A stretch of DNA of 50,970 nt from a virus (lineage: Duplodnaviria > Caudoviricetes). Positions 28,929 to 36,744 of the stretch are shown here, piece by piece. Numbering within the stretch: the first letter of the stretch is position 1; each line of letters begins with the position of its first letter. The stretch covers positions 1-50,970 of IMG/VR virus record IMGVR_UViG_3300045996_001085; one strand, written 5' to 3'. The notes below the pieces were generated by a model. That model had not been told where the DNA came from and did no database searches. It saw nothing but the letters and a program-made list of their open reading frames with translations. The translations under genes and the position numbers were made by a program.

Positions 28929-29095
28929 ACAACGCTCTCATCCTGGCGCAACTGCTACTGCAGTACGCGACCAAGGCTCAGGAAATCGCACAGCTGTTTG
29001 CGGCAGCGAATGCCGAAGGGCGGGACGTCACGGACGAAGAAGTCGATGCGTCAGGTCTTAAGGCCGACGTGGCGCTGGCTAAGCTGAAAGGTTAG
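28925..29095 (+). CDS. 56-aa amphipathic protein (not in ORF track)
   Basis: ATGA coupled; MNNALILAQLLLQYATKAQEIAQLFAAANAEGRDVTDEE...; GGAGG RBS. Confidence 0.6.
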   Translation: MNNALILAQLLLQYATKAQEIAQLFAAANAEGRDVTDEEVDASGLKADVALAKLKG

Positions 29096-29096
29096 C

Positions 29097-29306
29097 TCAC
29101 CACTGTCGTTCGGCCCAGGCGCAATCGGAGCAGCGATTAGAACTCCATCGGGTCTTGTGCCTGCAGTCCACACAGAAGCGCTCGTCAGTTGGATCGCACC
29201 AATGAAAAATGATCGCGCCGACTAGTCCGCTGATAGAAGCGGCTATTGCCAAGTATGCGATCCATTCCATTGTTTGTTGTATTTGAGCGCCCTGATGATG
29301 AGTCAA
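29097..29306 (-). CDS. Small membrane protein with Zn-ribbon
   Basis: TM helix then CVDC..CSDC. Confidence 0.45.
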   Translation of the reverse strand: MTHHQGAQIQQTMEWIAYLAIAASISGLVGAIIFHWCDPTDERFCVDCRHKTRWSSNRCSDCAWAERQW

Positions 29307-29380
29307 TCTATAGCGTCGGCGACTTCATTACAAATGTTTTGTTTGGCGTTTCCGCGGTGTTTGTTTCCAATGTCGGCACA

Positions 29381-29833
29381 TCATACAGATGTTTCCTGAA
29401 GGTTAATCACTAGAGACAGGTCAACGTGCATCTTTGCAAGTAGGCGACAGACCGTTTTTAGCGGTAGTTTAGTGCGCGTGGCGATCTGTCTAGAGCTGAC
29501 GCCGGCTGTGCGATGAATGAATATGGATCTGTGAGGTTCGCGCAGCGTGCTGAGATATTGCATCACCGCATCGCGCTTGCGGTTTTCAGTGAGAACGGAG
29601 GCCGCTTTCGCAGCGCCAAACAACAGCGATAGGTCGACGGGCTGATCGCCCTGTACATCAACCGCCGCGCGGATCTTGGCGGTAACTAGATCCGAGACCG
29701 CCTTCAGGCGAGTATCGCTCATCCCCTCTACAGCAGCCGGCGTTGGTATCGCATTCGACACGATTTCGGTGACCTCCTTGAGACTCGCGTCACTCGTTGA
29801 GTTCGGCTGACTCGCTATGATGCGTTGCATCAT
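29381..29833 (-). CDS. Sigma-70 region 4-like HTH protein
   Basis: LSTLREPHRSIFIHRTAGVSSRQIATRTKLPLKTVCRLL. Confidence 0.55.
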   Translation of the reverse strand: MMQRIIASQPNSTSDASLKEVTEIVSNAIPTPAAVEGMSDTRLKAVSDLVTAKIRAAVDVQGDQPVDLSLLFGAAKAASVLTENRKRDAVMQYLSTLREPHRSIFIHRTAGVSSRQIATRTKLPLKTVCRLLAKMHVDLSLVINLQETSV

Positions 29834-29948
29834 GACTGCTCCCCCGTCCAGTAGGTTTTCGGCAGATTGTGCCATTGTGCGCCGATTCCCAGATTTCGGG
29901 AATCACCTAATGTGAGGTTATTAGCGGCGGTCTTTTGGGACCGTCTAC

Positions 29949-30176
29949 TTGAAATCACTGTACACCCAGCGTCAGGAGCGCCTGCGCGCGATCTTCAAAG
30001 AGGAGCGGCTGAAGGCAGGGATGACCCAAGCTCAGCTGTGCCGGCGGCTAGAGCGCCATCACAATTTCGTCTCGTACGTTGAAAATGGGACGACGATGCT
30101 CGACGCGATCGAATTCATCGAATACGCCGAGGCGCTCGGGTTGGATCCCAAGAAGGTGCTCGGTAAAGTGATCTGA
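29949..30176 (+). CDS. XRE-family HTH regulator
   Basis: RLKAGMTQAQLCRRLERHHNFVSYVENG..LDAIEF. Confidence 0.8.
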   Translation: MKSLYTQRQERLRAIFKEERLKAGMTQAQLCRRLERHHNFVSYVENGTTMLDAIEFIEYAEALGLDPKKVLGKVI

Positions 30177-30460
30177 TGAGCTACTCCCCAGGAACCGCAG
30201 AGGCGCTGACTCTTACCGAGTCGGCGTCCCAGATCGCCTATTGCTATTACTGCCAGGCGTGCCCGTTCAAGGAGCGCATCAACCTCACGCGAATCGCTGC
30301 TGACTACCCTATAGAGACGCTGGTCGGGGACTTATTGGGACTGCTGCCGTGTGGAAAATGTGGCAGCACCAAGAAGATCGTGATGACGCTGTGGCTCAAT
30401 GCGACAACGACCGATCGGATGTTGGAGGAGCGGGGCTTCCCTATCTGGGATGACGACTGA
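30176..30460 (+). CDS. Small Zn-binding protein
   Basis: CQAC...CGKCGS; TGATG coupling. Confidence 0.6.
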   Translation: MSYSPGTAEALTLTESASQIAYCYYCQACPFKERINLTRIAADYPIETLVGDLLGLLPCGKCGSTKKIVMTLWLNATTTDRMLEERGFPIWDDD

Positions 30461-30477
30461 CCCATTCGAGAGGAGCA

Positions 30478-30786
30478 TTACCGCCGTACTTTTGATGCAT
30501 GCGGTACCAGCGTTTCGTCTCCACCATCGCCTTCAGGATCTCGCGCCGGCTCTTGCCGGGCTCCAGCGCCCGCCTCGCTGCCTGGCAGGCGAGGACATGA
30601 TACTTCCACTGCTTCTGGATGCACGGGTGTGTCATTAATCGAGCATAGCTCGCGGAAACCGGGCGGCATATCCTCCGCCGGATTACAGCGGCATGGGATA
30701 TAGGGCCCACCGCAGACACAGGGGTGCGCCGTGAGCTCGTGTTCTTCGCAGAGCCAGCGCTCACCGCGGCAGACAGGGCAGGTCAC
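30478..30786 (-). CDS. Cys-rich small protein
   Basis: GTG start after GGAGG; CPVCRGERWLCEEH..C.CGG..PC.CN. Confidence 0.5.
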   Translation of the reverse strand: MTCPVCRGERWLCEEHELTAHPCVCGGPYIPCRCNPAEDMPPGFRELCSINDTPVHPEAVEVSCPRLPGSEAGAGARQEPARDPEGDGGDETLVPHASKVRR

Positions 30787-30813
30787 ACTCCCTCCTGAGG
30801 AGTTGGATAGCTT

Positions 30814-30839
30814 CTGGCCACTGGCAAGCAACTGGCAAG
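30814..30839. repeat. Integrase arm-type site cluster, left of core
   Basis: CTGGCCACTGGCAAGCAACTGGCAAG, 23/26 identical to 31021-31046. Confidence 0.7.
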
Positions 30840-30875
30840 TGACATCCGGTAAGTATCTGATATCATGCGTCCCCT

Positions 30876-32051
30876 CTAGTCATCGTTAGCCACCCTAAGT
30901 CCCTGAATTAGCTCGCAAACCTCTGCCTTGACATGGTGGGGGTCACAGGTTCGATCCCTGTTGCGCGCACCAAAACTTCCATTCGCAACAATGAGTTGCG
31001 GTTTCCGCTGTTCGGACTCGCTGGCCAGTGGCAAGTAAGTGGCAAGCCAGGGCGGCGAAATCTTGCGTAGCAAACGCTCTACGGACGCCGCCGCGGCGCG
31101 CATGTACTCGGGGCGGTAGTGCGCGTAGCGCTCCGTCTCGCCCCCTATAGCGTGTCCCAGCATGCCCTTCACGTCCCACTCGGGGACACCTTCCTTGCGC
31201 AGCCAGATCGACACCGCCTTGCGGATGCCATAGGCGGTCCCTTTGACCTTTGCTCGAGCGCTGATCCGGCGGAACGTCATCTTGAATCCCTTCAACTGCC
31301 GGCCGCGCCATTGGATGATCGGCCCCACGGAACGCTGATCGTTCAGATAGGCAAGGGCTGGAGCGCACAAGGGAGCCTTCGCGCGGCGCTTCTTCGTGAC
31401 CTTTCGACCAGGCACGACGTAGTCGACGACGCCGGTCTCAGCATCCAGGCGATCCCATGTAAGGTCCAGCGTGGCGCCCGGCCGGCAAGCCGTTGCCAAG
31501 GCCAGCAGAAAAAATCGGCGCTCGTGCTCATGGACGCACGCGTTCGCCAGCGCGGCGAGCTCGGCGACTTCAAACGGCTTCACGCCTTCCCCATCTGCCG
31601 CCTGCATCTTGAACATGGGCGGCATAGAGGGGATCTCGCCAGCGTCGAACGTCCACTTCACCGCGGCGCGCACCACGCCCCATCGACGGCGCTGCGTGTT
31701 CGGTTTCTTCGCCAACTTCTCGACGAACTCTTTCTGCCGCGGGATCGACCAGTGGAATAGACGCGTCTCGGGCTCGTGCTCGCAGATCAGCCCCATCACC
31801 TGTCGTACGGTCTCGGCCGAGAAGACGTGCTGACCGTGGTGCTGGTAGTAGCGAAGCATGATCTTGACCAGCGTCGCATCGTTCATCACCTGCCGCTGAG
31901 GCAGCTTCAGGATGTGCTCGGCGAGCTTCCTTTCGGCGACTTCGCGATCCGTCGTGCGAGTACTAAAGCGCTCGCATTGTCCAGTTCGCTCGTCGTACTC
32001 GTATATGTACCAGTTGGGGCTGCCTTCTCTTGGGCCGAGGTAGCAGTGCAT
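30876..32051 (-). CDS. int: Tyrosine recombinase/integrase
   Basis: TACRPGATLDLTW, YGIRK, LGH, TERY catalytic motifs; overlaps attP. Confidence 0.92.
   Translation of the reverse strand: MHCYLGPREGSPNWYIYEYDERTGQCERFSTRTTDREVAERKLAEHILKLPQRQVMNDATLVKIMLRYYQHHGQHVFSAETVRQVMGLICEHEPETRLFHWSIPRQKEFVEKLAKKPNTQRRRWGVVRAAVKWTFDAGEIPSMPPMFKMQAADGEGVKPFEVAELAALANACVHEHERRFFLLALATACRPGATLDLTWDRLDAETGVVDYVVPGRKVTKKRRAKAPLCAPALAYLNDQRSVGPIIQWRGRQLKGFKMTFRRISARAKVKGTAYGIRKAVSIWLRKEGVPEWDVKGMLGHAIGGETERYAHYRPEYMRAAAASVERLLRKISPPWLATYLPLASESEQRKPQLIVANGSFGARNRDRTCDPHHVKAEVCELIQGLRVANDD
30926..30972 (+). other. attP core = 3' half of tRNA-Val(GAC)
   Basis: CC-TTGACAT-GGTGG anticodon arm, ACAGG-TTCGATC-CCTGT T arm, CCA end; 5' half absent. 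Confidence 0.9.
31021..31046. repeat. Integrase arm-type site cluster, right of core
   Basis: CTGGCCAGTGGCAAGTAAGTGGCAAG. Confidence 0.7.
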
Positions 32052-32227
32052 TCTTGGCTCCGCAGGTACTCTTTGATGTGTTTGTCGGTCGTGTAGACCT
32101 TTTTGCCGACGCGAGTAAACCCCAGCAGTCGCCTCCGGCGCAACCGCCCGACCGTGGCCGGCGAGCACCGCAGTGGGATTGCGGCCTCATCGTCGTTGTA
32201 CAGTTTGGGCAGTTCAGTGACGTCCAT
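31907..32227 (-). CDS. xis: Excisionase-like HTH protein
   Basis: EAAIPLRCSPATVGRLRRRRLLGFTRVGKKVYTT; directly upstream of and overlapping int. Confidence 0.75.
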   Translation of the reverse strand: MDVTELPKLYNDDEAAIPLRCSPATVGRLRRRRLLGFTRVGKKVYTTDKHIKEYLRSQECTATSAQEKAAPTGTYTSTTSELDNASALVLARRIAKSPKGSSPSTS

Positions 32228-32239
32228 GGGCTCAGCCGG

Positions 32240-32686
32240 CTAGGTCGGAGTGCTACTTTTGAACCAGCCGAGTTCCAGCGGCGTGGAGAACAGCCACAGA
32301 TGCCGCATGTTCGCGACGTTCACCACATCGACATCGCGCGGATAGATTTCCACGCCATACCAGTGGCCATACCCGATCTCGCGTTTGATGGCTTGCAACT
32401 CATCCCACGATAAACCTGCTTCCCAGCGGCCATCATCGCCAAGCGTCGTTCTGCACACGCTGATGCGCCTCGTATCGACGCCGAGAAATGGCTCCTCGGT
32501 GAACATCTGGACGAGATACTTCCGGCTTTGCCACACGCGGGTAGGCGGGTGCTTGGCGTCCGGGTACGTTTCCATGATGCGCTCGCGCGATATCTCCGAG
32601 AGTTGCGCCGGGCGCTTCGCGGCTTCCTCGCGTGCGAACTTCGCCATTACGCGTCGGTCGGATCGATTTAGGTGTTCGTATGCCAT
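32240..32686 (-). CDS. Conserved phage hypothetical protein
   Basis: SWDELQAIKREIG..EIYP..VVNVANMRHLW motif. Confidence 0.65.
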   Translation of the reverse strand: MAYEHLNRSDRRVMAKFAREEAAKRPAQLSEISRERIMETYPDAKHPPTRVWQSRKYLVQMFTEEPFLGVDTRRISVCRTTLGDDGRWEAGLSWDELQAIKREIGYGHWYGVEIYPRDVDVVNVANMRHLWLFSTPLELGWFKSSTPT

Positions 32687-32718
32687 GAATACTGCTCAGC
32701 CTCGCAATTCAGAGTGAG

Positions 32719-33541
32719 CTATCGGCGCGGCCAGATCGGCAACGCACGCACCCATGGTTCGATTCCTTGGCGTTCCCAAATGCTGAGCCAAGACCCGGTA
32801 TAGAACCGAACGCCAGAGCGATATGAATGCCACGCATTGGCTAGTGATCGAACCTTGCGAATCTCAGTCGCCGGAACGTTCTCTTCCCACGGATCGGTAA
32901 GCGTCATTTGCGGCTGACCAGCCCAGTTGCTCACGCGTCGCTTACGTCCCTTGTGCCAGACTTCATCGCCGAGATTGATCTGACTGATCCATTGCAGCGC
33001 TAACCATCGGATCAGCAGCCGATAGTAAATCGATCGAATCATCTTTTTCATGGTCAACTCCGTCACTCGACTGTGAGTAGGGCTTTGCAGCCCAGATGTC
33101 GGCCGCGCGAATCAACCCGCGGCGTGATCCCGCCCTTGGATGTTTCAAGGTACTGACACCCGGTGAAGGCATCAGTCCGCGGGCGCACGCCACTTCGGTT
33201 CGGCCACTCGCCGTCAGTGGTGTCCCGGCTAAGCGGGAGCATCCATACGAAAAACATGATTCCGATACCGAGCAACCAATAGCCGGCCAGCCAAGCGGTG
33301 AACTTCTTTGCTTCGTCGAGAGTCACTGCCCATCCCCCTTGCCCAGAGCAGCTATCGCATCCTCGATCGTCAAGCAGATGAAGAAATCATCGTCTGACCA
33401 GTCGACAGGGATTGTCATGCGCGGCCCGCGCCGCTCGGCGCACATCTTCGCAATCCGTTGGCGGCTTTGCTCCAGCCGCTCGGAAAGGCTGCCGCTGCTA
33501 CGGACTGCGTCTTTGAGAATTTGTTCTCTGTCCATCGTCAT
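32719..33541 (-). other. Three small coupled hypothetical ORFs (32719-33066, 33063-33326 with TM helix, 33323-33541)
   Basis: Overlapping start/stop codons on the minus strand. Confidence 0.55.
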
Positions 33542-33701
33542 CGCTCCAGTGAGCGCTTGGCCCACAGATATGTTTCAACGATCTGCCTGTAATGCACCAG
33601 CCCGCGAGCCGTACCCCACCTGCGCTTGCAGTTTAGAATGTGCTGGCGGTAGCTGCGCATGACGTGGCGTTTGTCTGGGTGAGGGTGCATCAGGGAATCA
33701 A

Positions 33702-34277
33702 CTATGCGATAAGCCTGATGTCACTCGGAACTTCGTCACCCCACGAATCCCAGCCAATGCGCTTCTGGCGGGCAAACAATTCGAGGTACGGGCCTGGTGA
33801 TACCTGTTCCACCATTTCGAAGAACCCGGCTGGCTTGGCTGAGTGCTTCGGCTTGCCGCGCTCGTCATAGGGACGTTTCCAGTCGAAGTGATTGCGACCG
33901 ATCCGGCGCAGTGCAGGCAACTTGCCGCGACGACCGAAGAGCACGTACTCGGTCGCCAGCCCGTAACATCCGCCCAGGCCACCGCCCATCGGCCGCTTCG
34001 CCCAGACCAACGTCGTCGAATACTTGAAGCCCCAGCAACGCATCACGAGAAAGGCATCCTCGAGAAACTTGTTTGTGGTCCACAGATAAACATGTGCGTC
34101 CCGGTCGATCTGATCGCGGATGGGCAGATTCGCGATCTCCTCGACACTCATCAGTCGATATGGCATCGGCTTGCTTGGGCCGCACAGCGCATCTCCGAAG
34201 CCTGCTCGGCCACGCAGTGGCCCGGCTCCCTTCTGAGGCCACGGCGGATCGGCGACAATTGTTCTGTATCTGGTCAT
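33702..34277 (-). CDS. MT-A70 family adenine methyltransferase
   Basis: IVADPPW, LWTT, WGF, HSAKP, LELFAR motifs. Confidence 0.9.
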   Translation of the reverse strand: MTRYRTIVADPPWPQKGAGPLRGRAGFGDALCGPSKPMPYRLMSVEEIANLPIRDQIDRDAHVYLWTTNKFLEDAFLVMRCWGFKYSTTLVWAKRPMGGGLGGCYGLATEYVLFGRRGKLPALRRIGRNHFDWKRPYDERGKPKHSAKPAGFFEMVEQVSPGPYLELFARQKRIGWDSWGDEVPSDIRLIA

Positions 34278-34741
34278 CGACGCTGGGCTGTTACTTTGTC
34301 TCGGGCCTGGCGCATGGCGCGTCTGGCTCGAATGTCTGCAGACCGTTGGGCCTTCGATCTTTGATCGGGTATCTTCGTGTGCCCCCGCACGTGCCTAAAC
34401 TCCACCGCGAGTGCGTGTGCGCTCTTGAGGCGTTTGAACACGCTCACCGCCGGTTCCAGGTCAGCGCGCTTCCGTTTGATGGACTCCTGCAGATAGCTGA
34501 TCGCGTTCACGCAGTCAGTTTGGATCAGCACCTGATCGCCGTTGCAAACGATCCCAAGGCTAATCGAGCAGTGCAGGGCGTTCACGATCGCCATCGTTTC
34601 AGCCGCTGTGGAGTCCTTCAGCGTGCTCTTGAAGACGCCGTCGCCCGCATGGTGGCCGCGCGACGACACAGCCCAAAACGCATAGCCGCCAATGCAGTGC
34701 TGGTGGCAGTGAGACGCGTCGGAAATGATCGTTACGCGCAT
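34274..34741 (-). CDS. RNase H (type I-like)
   Basis: ISDAS, AETMA, IQTDC, HVRGH, SAD acidic/His motifs. Confidence 0.8.
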   Translation of the reverse strand: MRVTIISDASHCHQHCIGGYAFWAVSSRGHHAGDGVFKSTLKDSTAAETMAIVNALHCSISLGIVCNGDQVLIQTDCVNAISYLQESIKRKRADLEPAVSVFKRLKSAHALAVEFRHVRGHTKIPDQRSKAQRSADIRARRAMRQARDKVTAQRR

Positions 34742-34748
34742 AGTCAGG

Positions 34749-34931
34749 TCAGGTTCTCGCGGCTGAGCATTCGTCACAGTAGTCCTTACCGTCTTTGTGG
34801 ACCCAACTGCAATCGCGTAGCTCGTATTCGATGTCACAAGCATGGAATCCGCCCTCAGCCTTGTCTGACTTCAGGTCGAGAGTCATTTCCACGCCACATT
34901 GGCCGTCGCACCTCACGACAACTTGTCTCAT
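34749..34931 (-). CDS. Small Zn-finger protein
   Basis: CDGQC...YCDEC. Confidence 0.5.
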   Translation of the reverse strand: MRQVVVRCDGQCGVEMTLDLKSDKAEGGFHACDIEYELRDCSWVHKDGKDYCDECSAART

Positions 34932-35365
34932 TGCTCAGGACTCCGGTTCGCAGTGGGACACGTCGACGCCTCGTCGGTGTGCAGGTGCTTGTCGTAGTGC
35001 TCGCCGCAGTTACGGCATGTATGCCGATTCGACTCGGGCGCGCCACGCCAGAATTGGCCCTTTGGCGGGCGCATCTGTGCCTGCCGTTCCAACAGGAAAC
35101 AGGCGCTGCAGTAGGCGTCGTTCGACGGCACGCTGGCCCCGCAGCCGCCGAGGCACGAGAACGTTTCCATCTCAGCTCTCTCCGCGCGCAGGTTGTCCTG
35201 ATTGCGCAGGAAATCTGGGATCTGGAGCGTCTGGTCTTCAGTGTCTTCGCGCCCCTCAACGCAATCTTGGAATGCCTGCGCAAGTGCCTCAAGGAAGGCT
35301 ATGGACTGCCTGGGGTAGAAGTACCGCGCAAGGTCCAGGCACTTTTCGTCATAGCTGTACTTCAT
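34928..35365 (-). CDS. Mosaic hypothetical protein with FtsZ-tail-like motif and Cys clusters
   Basis: LQIPDFLRNQDN; CLGGC, CSAC, CRNC. Confidence 0.55.
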   Translation of the reverse strand: MKYSYDEKCLDLARYFYPRQSIAFLEALAQAFQDCVEGREDTEDQTLQIPDFLRNQDNLRAERAEMETFSCLGGCGASVPSNDAYCSACFLLERQAQMRPPKGQFWRGAPESNRHTCRNCGEHYDKHLHTDEASTCPTANRSPEQ

Positions 35366-35866
35366 CGACTTGGCTCCTTTTCGGAGGTCTTCACCAGTTG
35401 CAATCTGGGCTTCGAGCTACGTACTAGCGTTGCTTCCGACCAGCCACCTTCGAGCCGCTTGAACTCGGCAGTACATCCATAATGTCGCGCGATGCGTGTG
35501 AACACTTCCTCGTTGGCGGTGTGCATCGTCAGGCTGTAAGCCATCTCGCCGCTGCCGGACTTGAGAACTTCCCAAAGCTGACCCGCCTCGAAGCCGAGCA
35601 CGAAGGTTGCAGACTGATCGGGGAATGAAACAAGCAGCCCGTACTCGTCACTCATCTCGCTCTCCCTGCGAAGCTCGATCGTTCAAGCGCCATACCTGAT
35701 GGCACAGCCGATTCCATAGATACTCATCGTCAGGGCCTTCCTCCTTGATGCATACACCGTGCTTGACCATCGCGACGAACAGGCGGCGTTCGCCGTTGAT
35801 GTGGTAGTGGTTCATGCCGACGATGGCCCATTCACTCAGGGGGCCTTGTTGCCAGGGTGCCTTCAT
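35362..35866 (-). other. Two small hypothetical ORFs (35362-35655, 35648-35866)
   Basis: Coupled start/stop codons. Confidence 0.55.
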
Positions 35867-36744
35867 CGCACTTCCTTCGTTAGAGTGGACCGGTCTCGGA
35901 AGTGATACGGGTCGATGCCTGCTCGGTGCGCATCAATCGCCTCGCGCGCAGTCAAGCCGGGCAGATGGCAATCGGCAAGTGCCACTCGGTTGTGATTGAT
36001 GTCGAGACGCCATCCGTAGCTTGAATTCGCCCGCTCATTCGCCTTGCGGTTCAGCTCGTCCAGGTAATCGAGACGTGCGCTATCCTCGTTCACTGATGGC
36101 GGTTGGCATGAGCAACCCATCGGTACAAGAGCATGGTCACTCGGCCACGGATGACTATCTAACGAGTGAGTGCACTTGCAGGCTTTCGGATTTATCAGCG
36201 ACTGACATCCGCCGCAGATTGCTCTAGGCCGAGCCGTGCTCGGTTCGCTTGCTGGCGGTTGCGATGGTGCAGGCTCGAACTCACCCGTGCGAATGACGAA
36301 TGATTGATCAGTGATGCCTTCGTGTGCGACAGCCAGCGCGCGGAGTTCCCGCACCTCGACCACTTCACCCTTTCTCGCGATGTATCCCGGCGGGTGATGG
36401 TCCTGACCATCGTCGTAAATGTCTTTCAGCAACCGGACACGAGAAGGAACAGCCGGCGGTTCGAGAGTTGCTACGAAAGCTGCCTCATGATCTCGGTCTA
36501 AGTGTTCGCAGTGCACGTGGGACTGCAGGATGCTGTCGATGTAATCCTTCCGCCAAGGGAAGTCTTCATCGGGCCGGCATCGCTGTTGGCCGAATGCTTC
36601 GTCCTTCGTGAAAACGTGCGCGGCTTGAATGTCGGACGTGTAGCCACATCTCCCCTTGCGCCACCACAGAACGGAGTTTCCGCAGTAGCCGCGAACCTGG
36701 AGGTAATAGAGCTGATCCTTCGATGGGACTTGCTCAGATGGCAT
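35863..36744 (-). CDS. Multi-domain mosaic early protein
   Basis: GNSVLWWRKGRCGYTSDI..AHVF domain plus further modules separated by (E/Q)PP linkers; GGAG RBS. Confidence 0.6.
   Translation of the reverse strand: MPSEQVPSKDQLYYLQVRGYCGNSVLWWRKGRCGYTSDIQAAHVFTKDEAFGQQRCRPDEDFPWRKDYIDSILQSHVHCEHLDRDHEAAFVATLEPPAVPSRVRLLKDIYDDGQDHHPPGYIARKGEVVEVRELRALAVAHEGITDQSFVIRTGEFEPAPSQPPASEPSTARPRAICGGCQSLINPKACKCTHSLDSHPWPSDHALVPMGCSCQPPSVNEDSARLDYLDELNRKANERANSSYGWRLDINHNRVALADCHLPGLTAREAIDAHRAGIDPYHFRDRSTLTKEVR

Noticed and set aside
25693-30800. BPP-1-like diversity-generating retroelement
   Set aside because: No reverse transcriptase and no TR/VR repeat pair seen
30900-30972. Complete tRNA-Val gene
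   Set aside because: The 5' acceptor strand and D-arm are missing; only the 3' half is present, consistent with attP
32052-32168. N-terminal extension of integrase given in the ORF track
   Set aside because: Overlaps the xis HTH; ATG at 32051 gives a typical arm-binding N-terminus
34274-34741. Retron or retroelement
   Set aside because: RNase H is stand-alone; no RT motif found in the window
34073-35482. 469-aa plus-strand ORF
   Set aside because: Antisense shadow of well-supported minus-strand genes; no motifs
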